A stretch of DNA of 64,000 nucleotides from Chloracidobacterium sp. (GTDB taxonomy: Bacteria > Acidobacteriota > Blastocatellia > Pyrinomonadales > Pyrinomonadaceae), in assembly GCA_043748725.1 (NCBI GenBank), contig JAYVER010000226.1:8922-72921 (forward strand), given 5' to 3'. Below are positions 34,977-44,247 of this stretch, piece by piece. Every line of letters starts with the position of its first letter. Within the stretch, counting starts at the first letter, position 1. Both the position numbers and the translations under genes were made by a program. The notes under the pieces were generated by a model that saw only the letters and a list, made by a program, of their open reading frames with translations, ran no database searches and was not told the DNA's origin.

Positions 34977-36065
34977 CTAAATTCGCGTGGCTTTCTTCGC
35001 CGCCGAGCGAAAAACGTCTAAGACACGCGGTGCAACGACCTTTGCGGAGTATTCATTTTCGACCGTTTCGCGACCCGCGATACCGATCCTCCGCCTAAGA
35101 GCGGCGTTATGGATCATTAACTTTATCTTTTCGACCCATTCGTCCGTGCCCGCGGCCAAAAATCCGTTCACTCCGTCCGTAATGATTGTAGAATTTACAC
35201 CGACCGGCGAGCAAATGGTCGGTATGCCGAGCGCCATATATTGCAGCGCTTTGAGGCCGCATTTGCCTCGGCTCCAATTCTCATCAGGCAGCGGCATCAG
35301 ACCGATGTCGATCTTGGCAAGGTCGCCGAGCTCGGTGTCGGAGCGCCACCCGATCGCTTCCGTTTCGACGCCATTGATCTTGTACGCAGGCGTCCCGATG
35401 ACCCGAAGAAGAAACTTTTCGGTTTTTGCGAGATCCTGCAAAACGTCGCGGATCGTGTCGAGATGTTGGATCGTGCTAAAGCTGCCGCTCCAACCGACCG
35501 TCACCGTTTCAGGCTCTCCCGAATCATCGCGGAGTTTGTATTTATCAGTATCGATAGTCGTCGGAATGATCGTGACATTTGGGTTGTTTGCCCGGGCATA
35601 ATCCGCAAGATACTCGTTTCCGGCCATTATATGCGCCGAAAGCCGACAAATTTCAGCCGTTTTTCCCGGAAATTTCAGATAACTGAGGTAACCGTTTGAC
35701 GGACTTTTATAGGAATGAAAAATTGCGTCGTCAAAATCGAAAACAACCGGTACGCCGGAGCGCGCCATTTTTCGCTCAAACCACGGCGGCCCTAGCAACG
35801 CGGCTTCGCGAAAGAGATAGATAAGATCAAAATCTTTGACTGCCGCCAGTTCGTCCCGTCGGCGCTGGAAATTTCGTGCCACCGCCCCGATCTTGGCCAA
35901 AACATTGCCGCTTTGGTGGAGCACCGCCCTAAGCTCGTCGGTCTCAAACGGGGCGTACGTTATCTCAACGCCCTGTCCGCGCACGATCGGCTCCCACTGT
36001 TCGATTCGAAACCGCTGCCCGGGTGAAGTGTCGTAAATGGAGGGAACTACGGCTAAAACTCGCAT
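34977..36065 (-). CDS. glycosyltransferase family 4
   Basis: GLKALQYMALGIPTICSPVGVNSTIITDGVNGFL. Confidence 0.82.
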   Translation of the reverse strand: MRVLAVVPSIYDTSPGQRFRIEQWEPIVRGQGVEITYAPFETDELRAVLHQSGNVLAKIGAVARNFQRRRDELAAVKDFDLIYLFREAALLGPPWFERKMARSGVPVVFDFDDAIFHSYKSPSNGYLSYLKFPGKTAEICRLSAHIMAGNEYLADYARANNPNVTIIPTTIDTDKYKLRDDSGEPETVTVGWSGSFSTIQHLDTIRDVLQDLAKTEKFLLRVIGTPAYKINGVETEAIGWRSDTELGDLAKIDIGLMPLPDENWSRGKCGLKALQYMALGIPTICSPVGVNSTIITDGVNGFLAAGTDEWVEKIKLMIHNAALRRRIGIAGRETVENEYSAKVVAPRVLDVFRSAAKKATRI

Positions 36066-36094
36066 ACTCGAAAGGTAGAGATATTAGCAACTAA

Positions 36095-37381
36095 CTACCG
36101 GCTTTGCAAAAGCCTTTCGTATATCCGGCGGTAGCGCAACCCGCCAACCGTTTCGAGATCAAAACGGTGTTTGGCCGTCCGGCGGCATCGTTCGCCAATG
36201 TCGCCGAGGGCGGCAAGCTGCTCTATCGCGGCAAGATAACTTACCCGGTCAAAGCGGTCGATCAGGACGCCGACCGCTTCGTCCCGGATCAGGCTGTCAA
36301 CATCGCCAACGCCCGAATTGGCAATTATCGGCAGACCGGCGGCTAAATATTCGGCGTTTTTCGTTGGCGACGACGCTTGTTTTGAATAACAGCGTTTGAT
36401 AAACGAGATCGCGGCATCGGCGGCGTTAAGATAAGCCGGAATTTCGTCAGGAGTGACGCTTTTGACGAGATAATCGGCTTCCCCAAAGCCTTTTTCTCTG
36501 ATCCTTGCTATGGCCAACTCGGGCTGCCGCTGGGTGAGAATGATTACAAAAATATTTGGGTCTGCTTCACGTGCCGCCGCAAAGAAATCAAACATCTCGT
36601 CAGTCAAATACCAGCCGCCAAACGAGCCGACATACGCTAAAACCCTGCGATTTCCCACTCCCAACCGCCGCCGCATTTCCGTGCGTGAATCTTCAGTCGC
36701 CTCATCAAATCGCGTCAGATCCACGCAGCACGGAATGACCTCAATAGGACGACCGTCCAATTTTGGATTTTGGATTTTGGATTTTGGATTTTCGGAATCC
36801 GCGTTCCCAAATAAAATATCTCTTGCTTTTTCCGTCAAAACAACAAATCCGTCGGCTTCTTTCAGCAGCCATTTCTCGACTCGTTTGGCAGCGCGGTAGA
36901 GCCAGCCGCCTTCCGGCCAGATGCCGGCGTCGGTGTATTCTTCTGGAAAAAAACCGCGAATATCGAATAACAGCTTTGGCTTACGTCGCGAAAATTTACG
37001 GGCCAAAGCACCCATCAGCGTCGGAATATGCACCCGCCCGTGCAGAATGTCTATCTTTTCGCGTGCAATAAAACGCCGGACAAACAATGTTCCGCGAAAG
37101 ATGTCATACGCCGTCGCAATGGCCGATGGCCGTTTATGATACCGCAGCCAATGCCAGTCAATGCCATTTTCAGCCAACTTCGCCCTCAGTCTTTTTTCTT
37201 CCCCTTCTCCAACCGCCTGTGGCTCGAAAGTAAGCAATGCAACTTGTACCGCCAAATCGCCGCGTCCCCGCGTCCCCGCGTTCCCGTGTCCAATTAACTC
37301 TTTCAAATACGGAATCACCTGCGTCTGAACCAGCGGCTCGCGTAAACCGAAATAACAAATATAAAGGGTTTTGGAAGGCAT
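36095..37381 (-). CDS. glycosyltransferase family 4 carrying an intragenic heptamer-repeat insert
   Basis: PTKNAEYLAAGLPIIANSGVGDV motif. The segment [15 protein letters not shown] is encoded by the TTTTGGA repeats. Confidence 0.82.
   Translation of the reverse strand: MPSKTLYICYFGLREPLVQTQVIPYLKELIGHGNAGTRGRGDLAVQVALLTFEPQAVGEGEEKRLRAKLAENGIDWHWLRYHKRPSAIATAYDIFRGTLFVRRFIAREKIDILHGRVHIPTLMGALARKFSRRKPKLLFDIRGFFPEEYTDAGIWPEGGWLYRAAKRVEKWLLKEADGFVVLTEKARDILFGNADSENPKSKIQNPKLDGRPIEVIPCCVDLTRFDEATEDSRTEMRRRLGVGNRRVLAYVGSFGGWYLTDEMFDFFAAAREADPNIFVIILTQRQPELAIARIREKGFGEADYLVKSVTPDEIPAYLNAADAAISFIKRCYSKQASSPTKNAEYLAAGLPIIANSGVGDVDSLIRDEAVGVLIDRFDRVSYLAAIEQLAALGDIGERCRRTAKHRFDLETVGGLRYRRIYERLLQSR
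36761..36796. repeat. tandem heptamer (TTTTGGA)x4 plus a degenerate unit inside the GT4 coding sequence
   Basis: ttttgga x4 (36761-36788), then ttttcgga. It is the same word as the intergenic array at 6610-6672. Confidence 0.95.
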
Positions 37382-38253
37382 TATTTATTTCGCATACGGC
37401 GAAGGGGAAATTGCAGGAAATAACCAATATTAAAAGGCCGGTTCCAAATGCTCTGAATTGCGTGTCGCCCAAAATCCGCATATTTTCCGGCTTGAAAATA
37501 CGAGGCGCTGAGCGTTTTGTGCAGGTTACCGTAAAATGCGCGCCGGTTCGGCGTGCGATCAGCCGCAAAAGCTTTCTCAAATCCGAGCATCATATCGTGT
37601 TCCATTGCACCGATGTTTCCATGCATATTTAACGCGTGAACGCGGTACTTTAACAAAACCTGCGGTATAAAACCAACACGATAACTACGGCTGATCCGGT
37701 AAAAAAGGTCCCAGTCGGCCGACGTTGACATCCGCAAGTCGAATCCGCCAACCGCATCAAAGGCCTCCCGCCGCACCATTATCCCGCTGCCGCCGCCAAG
37801 AATGACGGACCGCTCAAATCGCAAAAGTTCTTCCGCCACCCGGCCTTCGAGTCCGTTTGTTCGCTCGAGTAGCTCCCGTCCAGCATCGTCGATCTCGACA
37901 AAGCCGACATGGACCATTCCGAGTTCCGGGTCGGCGGCAAAAATTTCACTTTGCTTTTCGAGCTTTGCCGGCAGCCACGAATCATCGGCGTCCAGGAAAG
38001 CTATAAATTCACCGCGGCTGATTCCGGCGCCATTATTTCGTGCGGCGGAAACACCCTGATTCTTCTGAAACACTGTCTGGATACGCTCGCCGTAGCTTCC
38101 CAAAACCTCGCCTGATGCGTCCGACGATCCGTCGTCGACGACGACTATCTCAATATCCGAATAGGTCTGCGCCAAGACGCTATCGATCGCCTCGCGCAAA
38201 TAATGGGCGTAGTTGTAGTTTGGAATTACAACACTAACAAGGCCTCTTTGCAT
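37381..38253 (-). CDS. glycosyltransferase family 2
   Basis: VSVVIPNYNYAHYL...VVVDDGSSD...LDADD. Confidence 0.88.
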   Translation of the reverse strand: MQRGLVSVVIPNYNYAHYLREAIDSVLAQTYSDIEIVVVDDGSSDASGEVLGSYGERIQTVFQKNQGVSAARNNGAGISRGEFIAFLDADDSWLPAKLEKQSEIFAADPELGMVHVGFVEIDDAGRELLERTNGLEGRVAEELLRFERSVILGGGSGIMVRREAFDAVGGFDLRMSTSADWDLFYRISRSYRVGFIPQVLLKYRVHALNMHGNIGAMEHDMMLGFEKAFAADRTPNRRAFYGNLHKTLSASYFQAGKYADFGRHAIQSIWNRPFNIGYFLQFPLRRMRNK

Positions 38254-38254
38254 T

Positions 38255-39037
38255 TCAATCCTTGCGGCATACCACGAGCAGCGTCGGTGCCGTCTCTACG
38301 GTATCCTCATCAAAATTGTAATCCATTTCGGTCGGATAGAACGGCGCGCCCCATATCTTCTCGCTTAAACGCTCGCGAATCGCGAACGGAATTTTATTAA
38401 AAACCTTCCAACCGAACAGCTTTACCTGCGTCGCAATATCTTTCGGCAGACGGCGCTGCGCCTCGTAAAACGGCGGTATAGTGATCGACTCATCCAGCGA
38501 CTGGCCTAAAAACTTGTCGATGAAAAACCAGGATTCAAGTTCGCTGCGCAGATCGTCCGGCGTGTATTCAAAAATATGAAACGGATTCGACGGCTTACCG
38601 TTAACGGGCATTGAATAATTAGCATTAGGCGTCGATAAGATCAAAATACCGCCGGGCCTCAAAACGCAGTGCAATTCGGCCAAAAACTTTCGTCTTTCAT
38701 GAAGATGCTCAAGCGTTTCAAACGACGTGATGACGTCAAAGCTGCCATCGGCAAAAGGCAACCCTAAACCATTGCCAAGCAGAACCGAGCCATTATCGCC
38801 ACACTCGGCTTTCGCCTCATTTGCGGCTCCGGCATCCACGTCCACACCGGTAATATATTTTGCTTTTGTTTTTAGGATCGCGAGCCCATAACCGGTGCCG
38901 CACGCGATGTCTAAAACCGTTTTGTTCTCAACAAAAGGCAGGACAAAAACATACCGTGCCGAGTGCTCGCCCCAGTACGGCGAAAGGCGTCCCGCGTCGA
39001 TCACATTCGCACCCTGAAACCGCTCAGATACCGCCAT
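38255..39037 (-). CDS. class I SAM-dependent methyltransferase
   Basis: VLDIACGTGYG motif I. Confidence 0.85.
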   Translation of the reverse strand: MAVSERFQGANVIDAGRLSPYWGEHSARYVFVLPFVENKTVLDIACGTGYGLAILKTKAKYITGVDVDAGAANEAKAECGDNGSVLLGNGLGLPFADGSFDVITSFETLEHLHERRKFLAELHCVLRPGGILILSTPNANYSMPVNGKPSNPFHIFEYTPDDLRSELESWFFIDKFLGQSLDESITIPPFYEAQRRLPKDIATQVKLFGWKVFNKIPFAIRERLSEKIWGAPFYPTEMDYNFDEDTVETAPTLLVVCRKD

Positions 39038-40151
39038 TCGTCCGTTGTTCCATCCAGTTTTCGTATAAAGCCAATTGACGAGCGATCATTTGCTCGGCTG
39101 TAAAACGTTCTCGGACACTATCCATACCTGCTCCGGCCATAGCCTTTCTAAATGGCTCGTCGCGAAAAAGCCGCATGACTTCTCGATGGATCGAGTACGT
39201 ATCATTCGCGTCGATCAGAATGCCGTTCACGCCGTTGTCAACGACCTCGCTTGCTCCTCCAACATCCGTCGCGATCACCGGCAAACCAACGCCCATCGCC
39301 TCGATCAAAACCTGACTGAACGCCTCTGACTGCGACGGTTGGACAAAAACGTCCATCGCGTTGAGACAAGCCGAAATGTCATTTCGCCAACCGGCAAAAA
39401 CTACTTTTCCCACAGGAAATTTTGCGGCCGCCATCTCGACCTCAGGCAGCATTCCCCGACCCGCGAAAAACAGTCTGGCTTTGGGTATCTCAGCAATAAT
39501 TTTGGCAAACGCCTGGATGATCTGAACATGTCCTTTGCCGGGGGCAAAATTTCCTACATAGCCGACTACAAAATCGTCCGCTTCAAACCCGAATTCGCGC
39601 CTTACACGCTTTCTATCTTCCGCGTTCGGCGACATTTTTTCAAAATCGAACCCGAGATAAACAACCTCGATGTCGTCGCGTTTTATTCCGTCCACGCCGA
39701 GCATATACGCCCTCGCCGCCTGCGATACCGTCATTACGCGATCGGCTTTTTCAGCCATCCACCTATCCGCTGCGACGTGAAGCCGGGTGCCCAACATCCG
39801 CACAACGCCGGTGTGATGCCGCATCAACGCGACAATCGTTTTACGATGCAGACGCTGTGCCAGGATGCCGATCAACCCGGAATTGAATAAATGAGTGTGA
39901 AGAATGTCGACGCTTTCACCTTTCAACAGCCGTGCTAACCGCCAGACAGCAAGGGGAAGGCTCAATTTGTTGCCAGCGCGAAGAGAAAAATATTTGGCAT
40001 TCGGAATCTCGGACAGCCACGTCGGCGGCGAACCGGAGCCAATCTCGACGAGTGTGACGCACACACCGTTTCGGGTCAGGCCGGCCGTGATATTTCTAAA
40101 ATAATCGCCTTCGACGGAACTGTCGCAAAGATGGCAGACGTGCATACTCAC
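39024..40151 (-). CDS. glycosyltransferase family 4
   Basis: PSQSEAFSQVLIEAMGVGLPVIATDVGGASEVV. Confidence 0.88.
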   Translation of the reverse strand: MSMHVCHLCDSSVEGDYFRNITAGLTRNGVCVTLVEIGSGSPPTWLSEIPNAKYFSLRAGNKLSLPLAVWRLARLLKGESVDILHTHLFNSGLIGILAQRLHRKTIVALMRHHTGVVRMLGTRLHVAADRWMAEKADRVMTVSQAARAYMLGVDGIKRDDIEVVYLGFDFEKMSPNAEDRKRVRREFGFEADDFVVGYVGNFAPGKGHVQIIQAFAKIIAEIPKARLFFAGRGMLPEVEMAAAKFPVGKVVFAGWRNDISACLNAMDVFVQPSQSEAFSQVLIEAMGVGLPVIATDVGGASEVVDNGVNGILIDANDTYSIHREVMRLFRDEPFRKAMAGAGMDSVRERFTAEQMIARQLALYENWMEQRTNGGI

Positions 40152-40930
40152 GAAGGTATCAGATTAACGTCAAAAAGGTCAGGTTGTGAGCAAAACCAAT
40201 CTTTTTCAGCTGGTTCGCCGTCAAAAACGACGTTCAATTTATAGTCCTTTAGAATCTGCCAGATCTCCTCAAGCGACTGGCCGTTTTGTTTAATAAATGA
40301 AGGGTGTAGCCCGAGCCGCGCGACCGGCCGCTGCGCGAGAAAGGTGTCCCGTGCTCCGATCAAAACGTCGAGTTCTGCGCCCTCAACGTCTATCTTCAGG
40401 CAATTGACCCTCAGGTTTCTTTCCTTCGCAAATTCATCGACGCTTATAAGTGACACCGGTATTTCAGTTTTGCTGCGTTCGGTTCTTACCAGCGAATTTG
40501 CATTTGAAACAGCCTCGCCGGTGTCGAAAAAGACCGTTTCGCCTCGTCGTGACGAAACCGCCTCACCACGAACCTCGACGATTCTCGCGCAACCATTGAG
40601 AACGACCACCTCATCGAGCACGCTGCGGGTGAACGGCGTCGGCTCAAAGCTAAAAACCTTCCCCTCAGACCCAACGATCTTTCCCGTTACAACAGCGAAA
40701 AGACCAATGTGACCGCCAATGTCGAGAACCGTGTCGCCGGTCTTTAGATACTGGTGGAAAAATCTGAAAGTTTCAGGTTCATATTCAGCCTCGTAATACC
40801 GGCTCCACCGCGCCGGGAAACGGATGCTGTCGCCGCCGATCGTGCGGTTGATACCGGCACCATGCGTTACAACATCGAGCGTTTTGTATGCGAGGTCTTT
40901 GACGAGACTCATTTCACCATTATTTACCAA
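40148..40930 (-). CDS. FkbM-family methyltransferase
   Basis: VLDIGGHIGLF...FSFEP...IDVEGAELDVL. Confidence 0.85.
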   Translation of the reverse strand: MVNNGEMSLVKDLAYKTLDVVTHGAGINRTIGGDSIRFPARWSRYYEAEYEPETFRFFHQYLKTGDTVLDIGGHIGLFAVVTGKIVGSEGKVFSFEPTPFTRSVLDEVVVLNGCARIVEVRGEAVSSRRGETVFFDTGEAVSNANSLVRTERSKTEIPVSLISVDEFAKERNLRVNCLKIDVEGAELDVLIGARDTFLAQRPVARLGLHPSFIKQNGQSLEEIWQILKDYKLNVVFDGEPAEKDWFCSQPDLFDVNLIPS

Positions 40931-41750
40931 CAGTCAAGTCCGCAGCCGGACACTTTCTTGCCACAGTTAAATGACTAAACGACAAGAGTTTATCTGGAAG
41001 TATCAGTTCAAACAAACCGCCGATCATATTAATTATAAAACACAAAAACCATAACAGCGGCCTCAGCACCAGGCCGATCGGATAAAGCCATTTGTTCCAC
41101 AGGAAATGGCAGTCGTACCAATACAGATTGATCATCGCCGCGAGCGTGACGGCCGTACCCGATGTCGGTACAACCCTCTCAACCGTTAGGCCGTGGCGCC
41201 GCATGATCACCGCCAATCCGTCCGGGGGATATCGAAAGTAATCGTTCCGGTCGTGAACAGGGTGAACGAACGCCGCAGTTGTAATAAGCGTACCATTAGG
41301 GGCGAGAACGCGTTCAAATTCAGCGATCGTCCGCTCCGGATCAGGAAGATCAACCATTACCTCACTACAGAGTATGGTGTCGAAACACCCATCGGCAAAT
41401 GGCAATGCTGCGGCATCGCCGCAAACATCCGCGCAATTTCCGCGATATCCGCTGACCGGTGAATAGTCGAGGCCGACGTGTTTGTCTATGTATGGTGCGA
41501 AGACGCGCGCGTGCGGCTTTAATCCGCATCCGACATCGAGCATCGCGCCATGAGCATATTTGGCGTTCTCGCGGATCACACGCTTAAGGCGACGAACTAT
41601 CCAGAACAATGAGTAGAATGGCGTCTTCGAAACATACTTTTCAGCCCACAGGACATCCGTGTGATGTATCTTTCTTACAAGCTCCGCGATCCCGCTGTGC
41701 TGTTTCCGTTTTTCGAGAGTTGTAAACTCGGGCAGCTTAATTGGATCCAT
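40920..41750 (-). CDS. class I SAM-dependent methyltransferase with C-terminal TM segments
   Basis: MLDVGCGLKP motif I. The start was set at ATG 41750 (MDPIKL). Confidence 0.8.
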   Translation of the reverse strand: MDPIKLPEFTTLEKRKQHSGIAELVRKIHHTDVLWAEKYVSKTPFYSLFWIVRRLKRVIRENAKYAHGAMLDVGCGLKPHARVFAPYIDKHVGLDYSPVSGYRGNCADVCGDAAALPFADGCFDTILCSEVMVDLPDPERTIAEFERVLAPNGTLITTAAFVHPVHDRNDYFRYPPDGLAVIMRRHGLTVERVVPTSGTAVTLAAMINLYWYDCHFLWNKWLYPIGLVLRPLLWFLCFIINMIGGLFELILPDKLLSFSHLTVARKCPAADLTVGK

Positions 41751-43254
41751 CAGCGGTTCTCCAAAACCCGGAAACAAACAGATACAATTCACCTAGCGAG
41801 CGTTTCCTATAAATGGCAATGATCAAGCTTGCCGCCGCGCATCCGGCAAGAGCCAACAACGGCAACTCAAAGTACGAGATCACGATTGCCCCAACAACGC
41901 TCGGAACAAACGCGAGGAAACTCCACGAATACGGTACTTTGGACGCACGTTTCAGGAGTACCGCAAATGTTGCGACGCTCGCCAGATACGCGGCAAAGGT
42001 CGCCCACGCGCTGCCGGCCATTCCGTATCTCGGTATCAGGTATAAGTCCAAGCCGATGTTCACGACGGCCGAAAATGCAGCAGCAACGAGCGAAATATAA
42101 GTGGCAGAGATTGCATTCGCGAGGGCCGCATAACCGACCGCAACTGGTATCCAAAACACAGAACCGGCGAGCAATATCCACAACGGCAAAGTTGCGCCGC
42201 TAAACGACGGGCCAAAAATGAGCGGTATCAGCAAATAACCTGCAAAACCAAGAAACGCGCACCCGAGACCCCACATGAGAACGACGCTCGGTAAAATAAA
42301 GCGAAAGAAAAAGAATGATCGCTCGCTACTAGACTCGGCCCGCTGAGTGATAAAAAGCGGGAAAAGGATAGTGTTTGCGAGCGTCGGTATCTGCAAGGCT
42401 ATACCGTTGACCTGCGTTGCGATCGCATAAACGCCGAGGTCGGCCGTCGATAGGAACTTTGAGATAAATGCGGCATCGACGTAGTTTCCCGATAAGTAGC
42501 CGACCAGCCAATAGGGTAACAGCGGAAGCGAGTAAACCAGAGTTTTTCGGATTATGCCGCCATCGATCGAAAACCGCTTAAAGATCACCGACCGCAGCAA
42601 TACGACACCCCCAACGATCATCGCCGCCGGGGCCGCGATATAAAAGATCACCGCCGATCGCAGTTCAAGCGACTGTGCCGCAGCAAGCGCGCCAACACCA
42701 CCGAGGATGATCAGCCGTTCGATCATCTGTAGAAATCCTTGTTCGCGGAGCATTTTTGCCGCCTGCAAGCCCATCTGGATATGCAGCCACAGCGCCGTGA
42801 TAACAATGTGAGCGATCACCAGCCAAAACACGCCGGGCGAGAGGCGGAGCCAATCGGCAAGCGGCGGAAACCAGAGCGACACGATTGCGAGCAGCAACGC
42901 CAGATTAACGACGAGAATGACCAGACGGCTCCAGAATGTACGGGCGATCGAAGCAGTCTCGACAAATTCATCGACCCCAAAACGCACAACGGCAACCGTC
43001 GTCCAGTTCGTAAAGATCTGCGCGATTTGAGACGTGGCGATAACAGCGAAGATCGCGCCGTAGCCTTCCCTGCCAAGACTCCGCGTAATAAGCCACACGG
43101 CTCCAAAGGCGAAGATCGAGCTGCCGCCCTGAAACAATATCAGCCAAACATAATTTTTCGGAGCGTTGGAGATGTCCCAGCCCGAGCTTTGACGCTCGGA
43201 AACGGGATTTACAATTTGAACGGGGATCGTTGTATCCGCTGGATCAGGATTCAC
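41737..43254 (-). CDS. Wzx-like polysaccharide flippase (MOP superfamily)
   Basis: About 12-14 TM segments, with typical size and locus context. Confidence 0.8.
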   Translation of the reverse strand: MNPDPADTTIPVQIVNPVSERQSSGWDISNAPKNYVWLILFQGGSSIFAFGAVWLITRSLGREGYGAIFAVIATSQIAQIFTNWTTVAVVRFGVDEFVETASIARTFWSRLVILVVNLALLLAIVSLWFPPLADWLRLSPGVFWLVIAHIVITALWLHIQMGLQAAKMLREQGFLQMIERLIILGGVGALAAAQSLELRSAVIFYIAAPAAMIVGGVVLLRSVIFKRFSIDGGIIRKTLVYSLPLLPYWLVGYLSGNYVDAAFISKFLSTADLGVYAIATQVNGIALQIPTLANTILFPLFITQRAESSSERSFFFFRFILPSVVLMWGLGCAFLGFAGYLLIPLIFGPSFSGATLPLWILLAGSVFWIPVAVGYAALANAISATYISLVAAAFSAVVNIGLDLYLIPRYGMAGSAWATFAAYLASVATFAVLLKRASKVPYSWSFLAFVPSVVGAIVISYFELPLLALAGCAAASLIIAIYRKRSLGELYLFVSGFWRTADGSN

Positions 43255-43346
43255 TTGACAAGTGTATTTTTCCGGCTAGGAAAGTGTCAAACAGTAAAGA
43301 TTTTTCTACAATCCGGCCTGCGCCGGTGTTGGGCTGATTTGACGCA

Positions 43347-44237
43347 TCAAAAAACATCTTTGACGCCGCCAAAAAAGTTAAAGCGCAGATCGCCGGTCGT
43401 ATTGAGTTTCAGATCAAAAACTATCAGGTCATTTGTCTGTGCGGGTTTAAGATTATTAAAGAATTGGTTGTAAGAGCTCCCGACCGACGTCGTCAGTTGA
43501 ATATAGCTGACCTTTTCCATCTTTTTACAAAGATCTTCAAACAAAGGTCTTATATCGATCGGGTCATCAATGAACATGCCGCCAATTTCAAAATACTGCA
43601 TATTCAAGCCAAGCTTTTTGCGGCTCCGTCTCACGCCCCATATAAAACTTTGGCCGGATTCTAACAGTAAAAGCTCGCCGTTATAGATGTTTCTTTTTAG
43701 CTCGATCAACTGCCGTCCATTTTGGAAAATTGCGTTCCTGGTTAAGGTCGCGGCCCCGTTTTTTGGTTTGTTAAGATACAAATCGCGGACGACCGGAATG
43801 TTAGGAACCTGCCATTTTAACGACGGAACCTCGCGAAAGCCGAGTTTCTGAGTAAATATCGGTCGCGAATTTTCGTTGGGAAAGCAAAAAATAAACGCGG
43901 CGTCGCGTTTAGACAGTATTTCTTTGGCTGTGTTCGACAGATTTTGAAAGATCTTCTGGCCGCGATGGGCCTCGGCTGTAACGATCCAACAGCTTTGGTA
44001 ACAGTTGATCAGCGAACCATTAAGAATAAGATCATGTGATATGAAGGCGTTAAATCCAATTATCTCATCATCCTTAATAGCCGCAAGATACAGGCTGTCC
44101 TGACTGCCGTTCGTTTTGGTGGTCTTGGCAAGTTTGTCGTCCGCAATGTCGTCGCCGAAAGTTTCCCTCAAAAGGAAGTTAACCTTTCGAAGTTCGTCTT
44201 TTTTTGATATATCAATTGGTTTAATTTGATAATCCAC
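43347..44237 (-). CDS. hypothetical protein with a GNAT/FemAB-like acyltransferase fold (tentative)
   Basis: The IIGFNAF...VTAEAHRGQKIFQNL segment is GNAT-like. The gene is AT-rich. Confidence 0.4.
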   Translation of the reverse strand: MDYQIKPIDISKKDELRKVNFLLRETFGDDIADDKLAKTTKTNGSQDSLYLAAIKDDEIIGFNAFISHDLILNGSLINCYQSCWIVTAEAHRGQKIFQNLSNTAKEILSKRDAAFIFCFPNENSRPIFTQKLGFREVPSLKWQVPNIPVVRDLYLNKPKNGAATLTRNAIFQNGRQLIELKRNIYNGELLLLESGQSFIWGVRRSRKKLGLNMQYFEIGGMFIDDPIDIRPLFEDLCKKMEKVSYIQLTTSVGSSYNQFFNNLKPAQTNDLIVFDLKLNTTGDLRFNFFGGVKDVF

Positions 44238-44247
44238 GATTCACACG

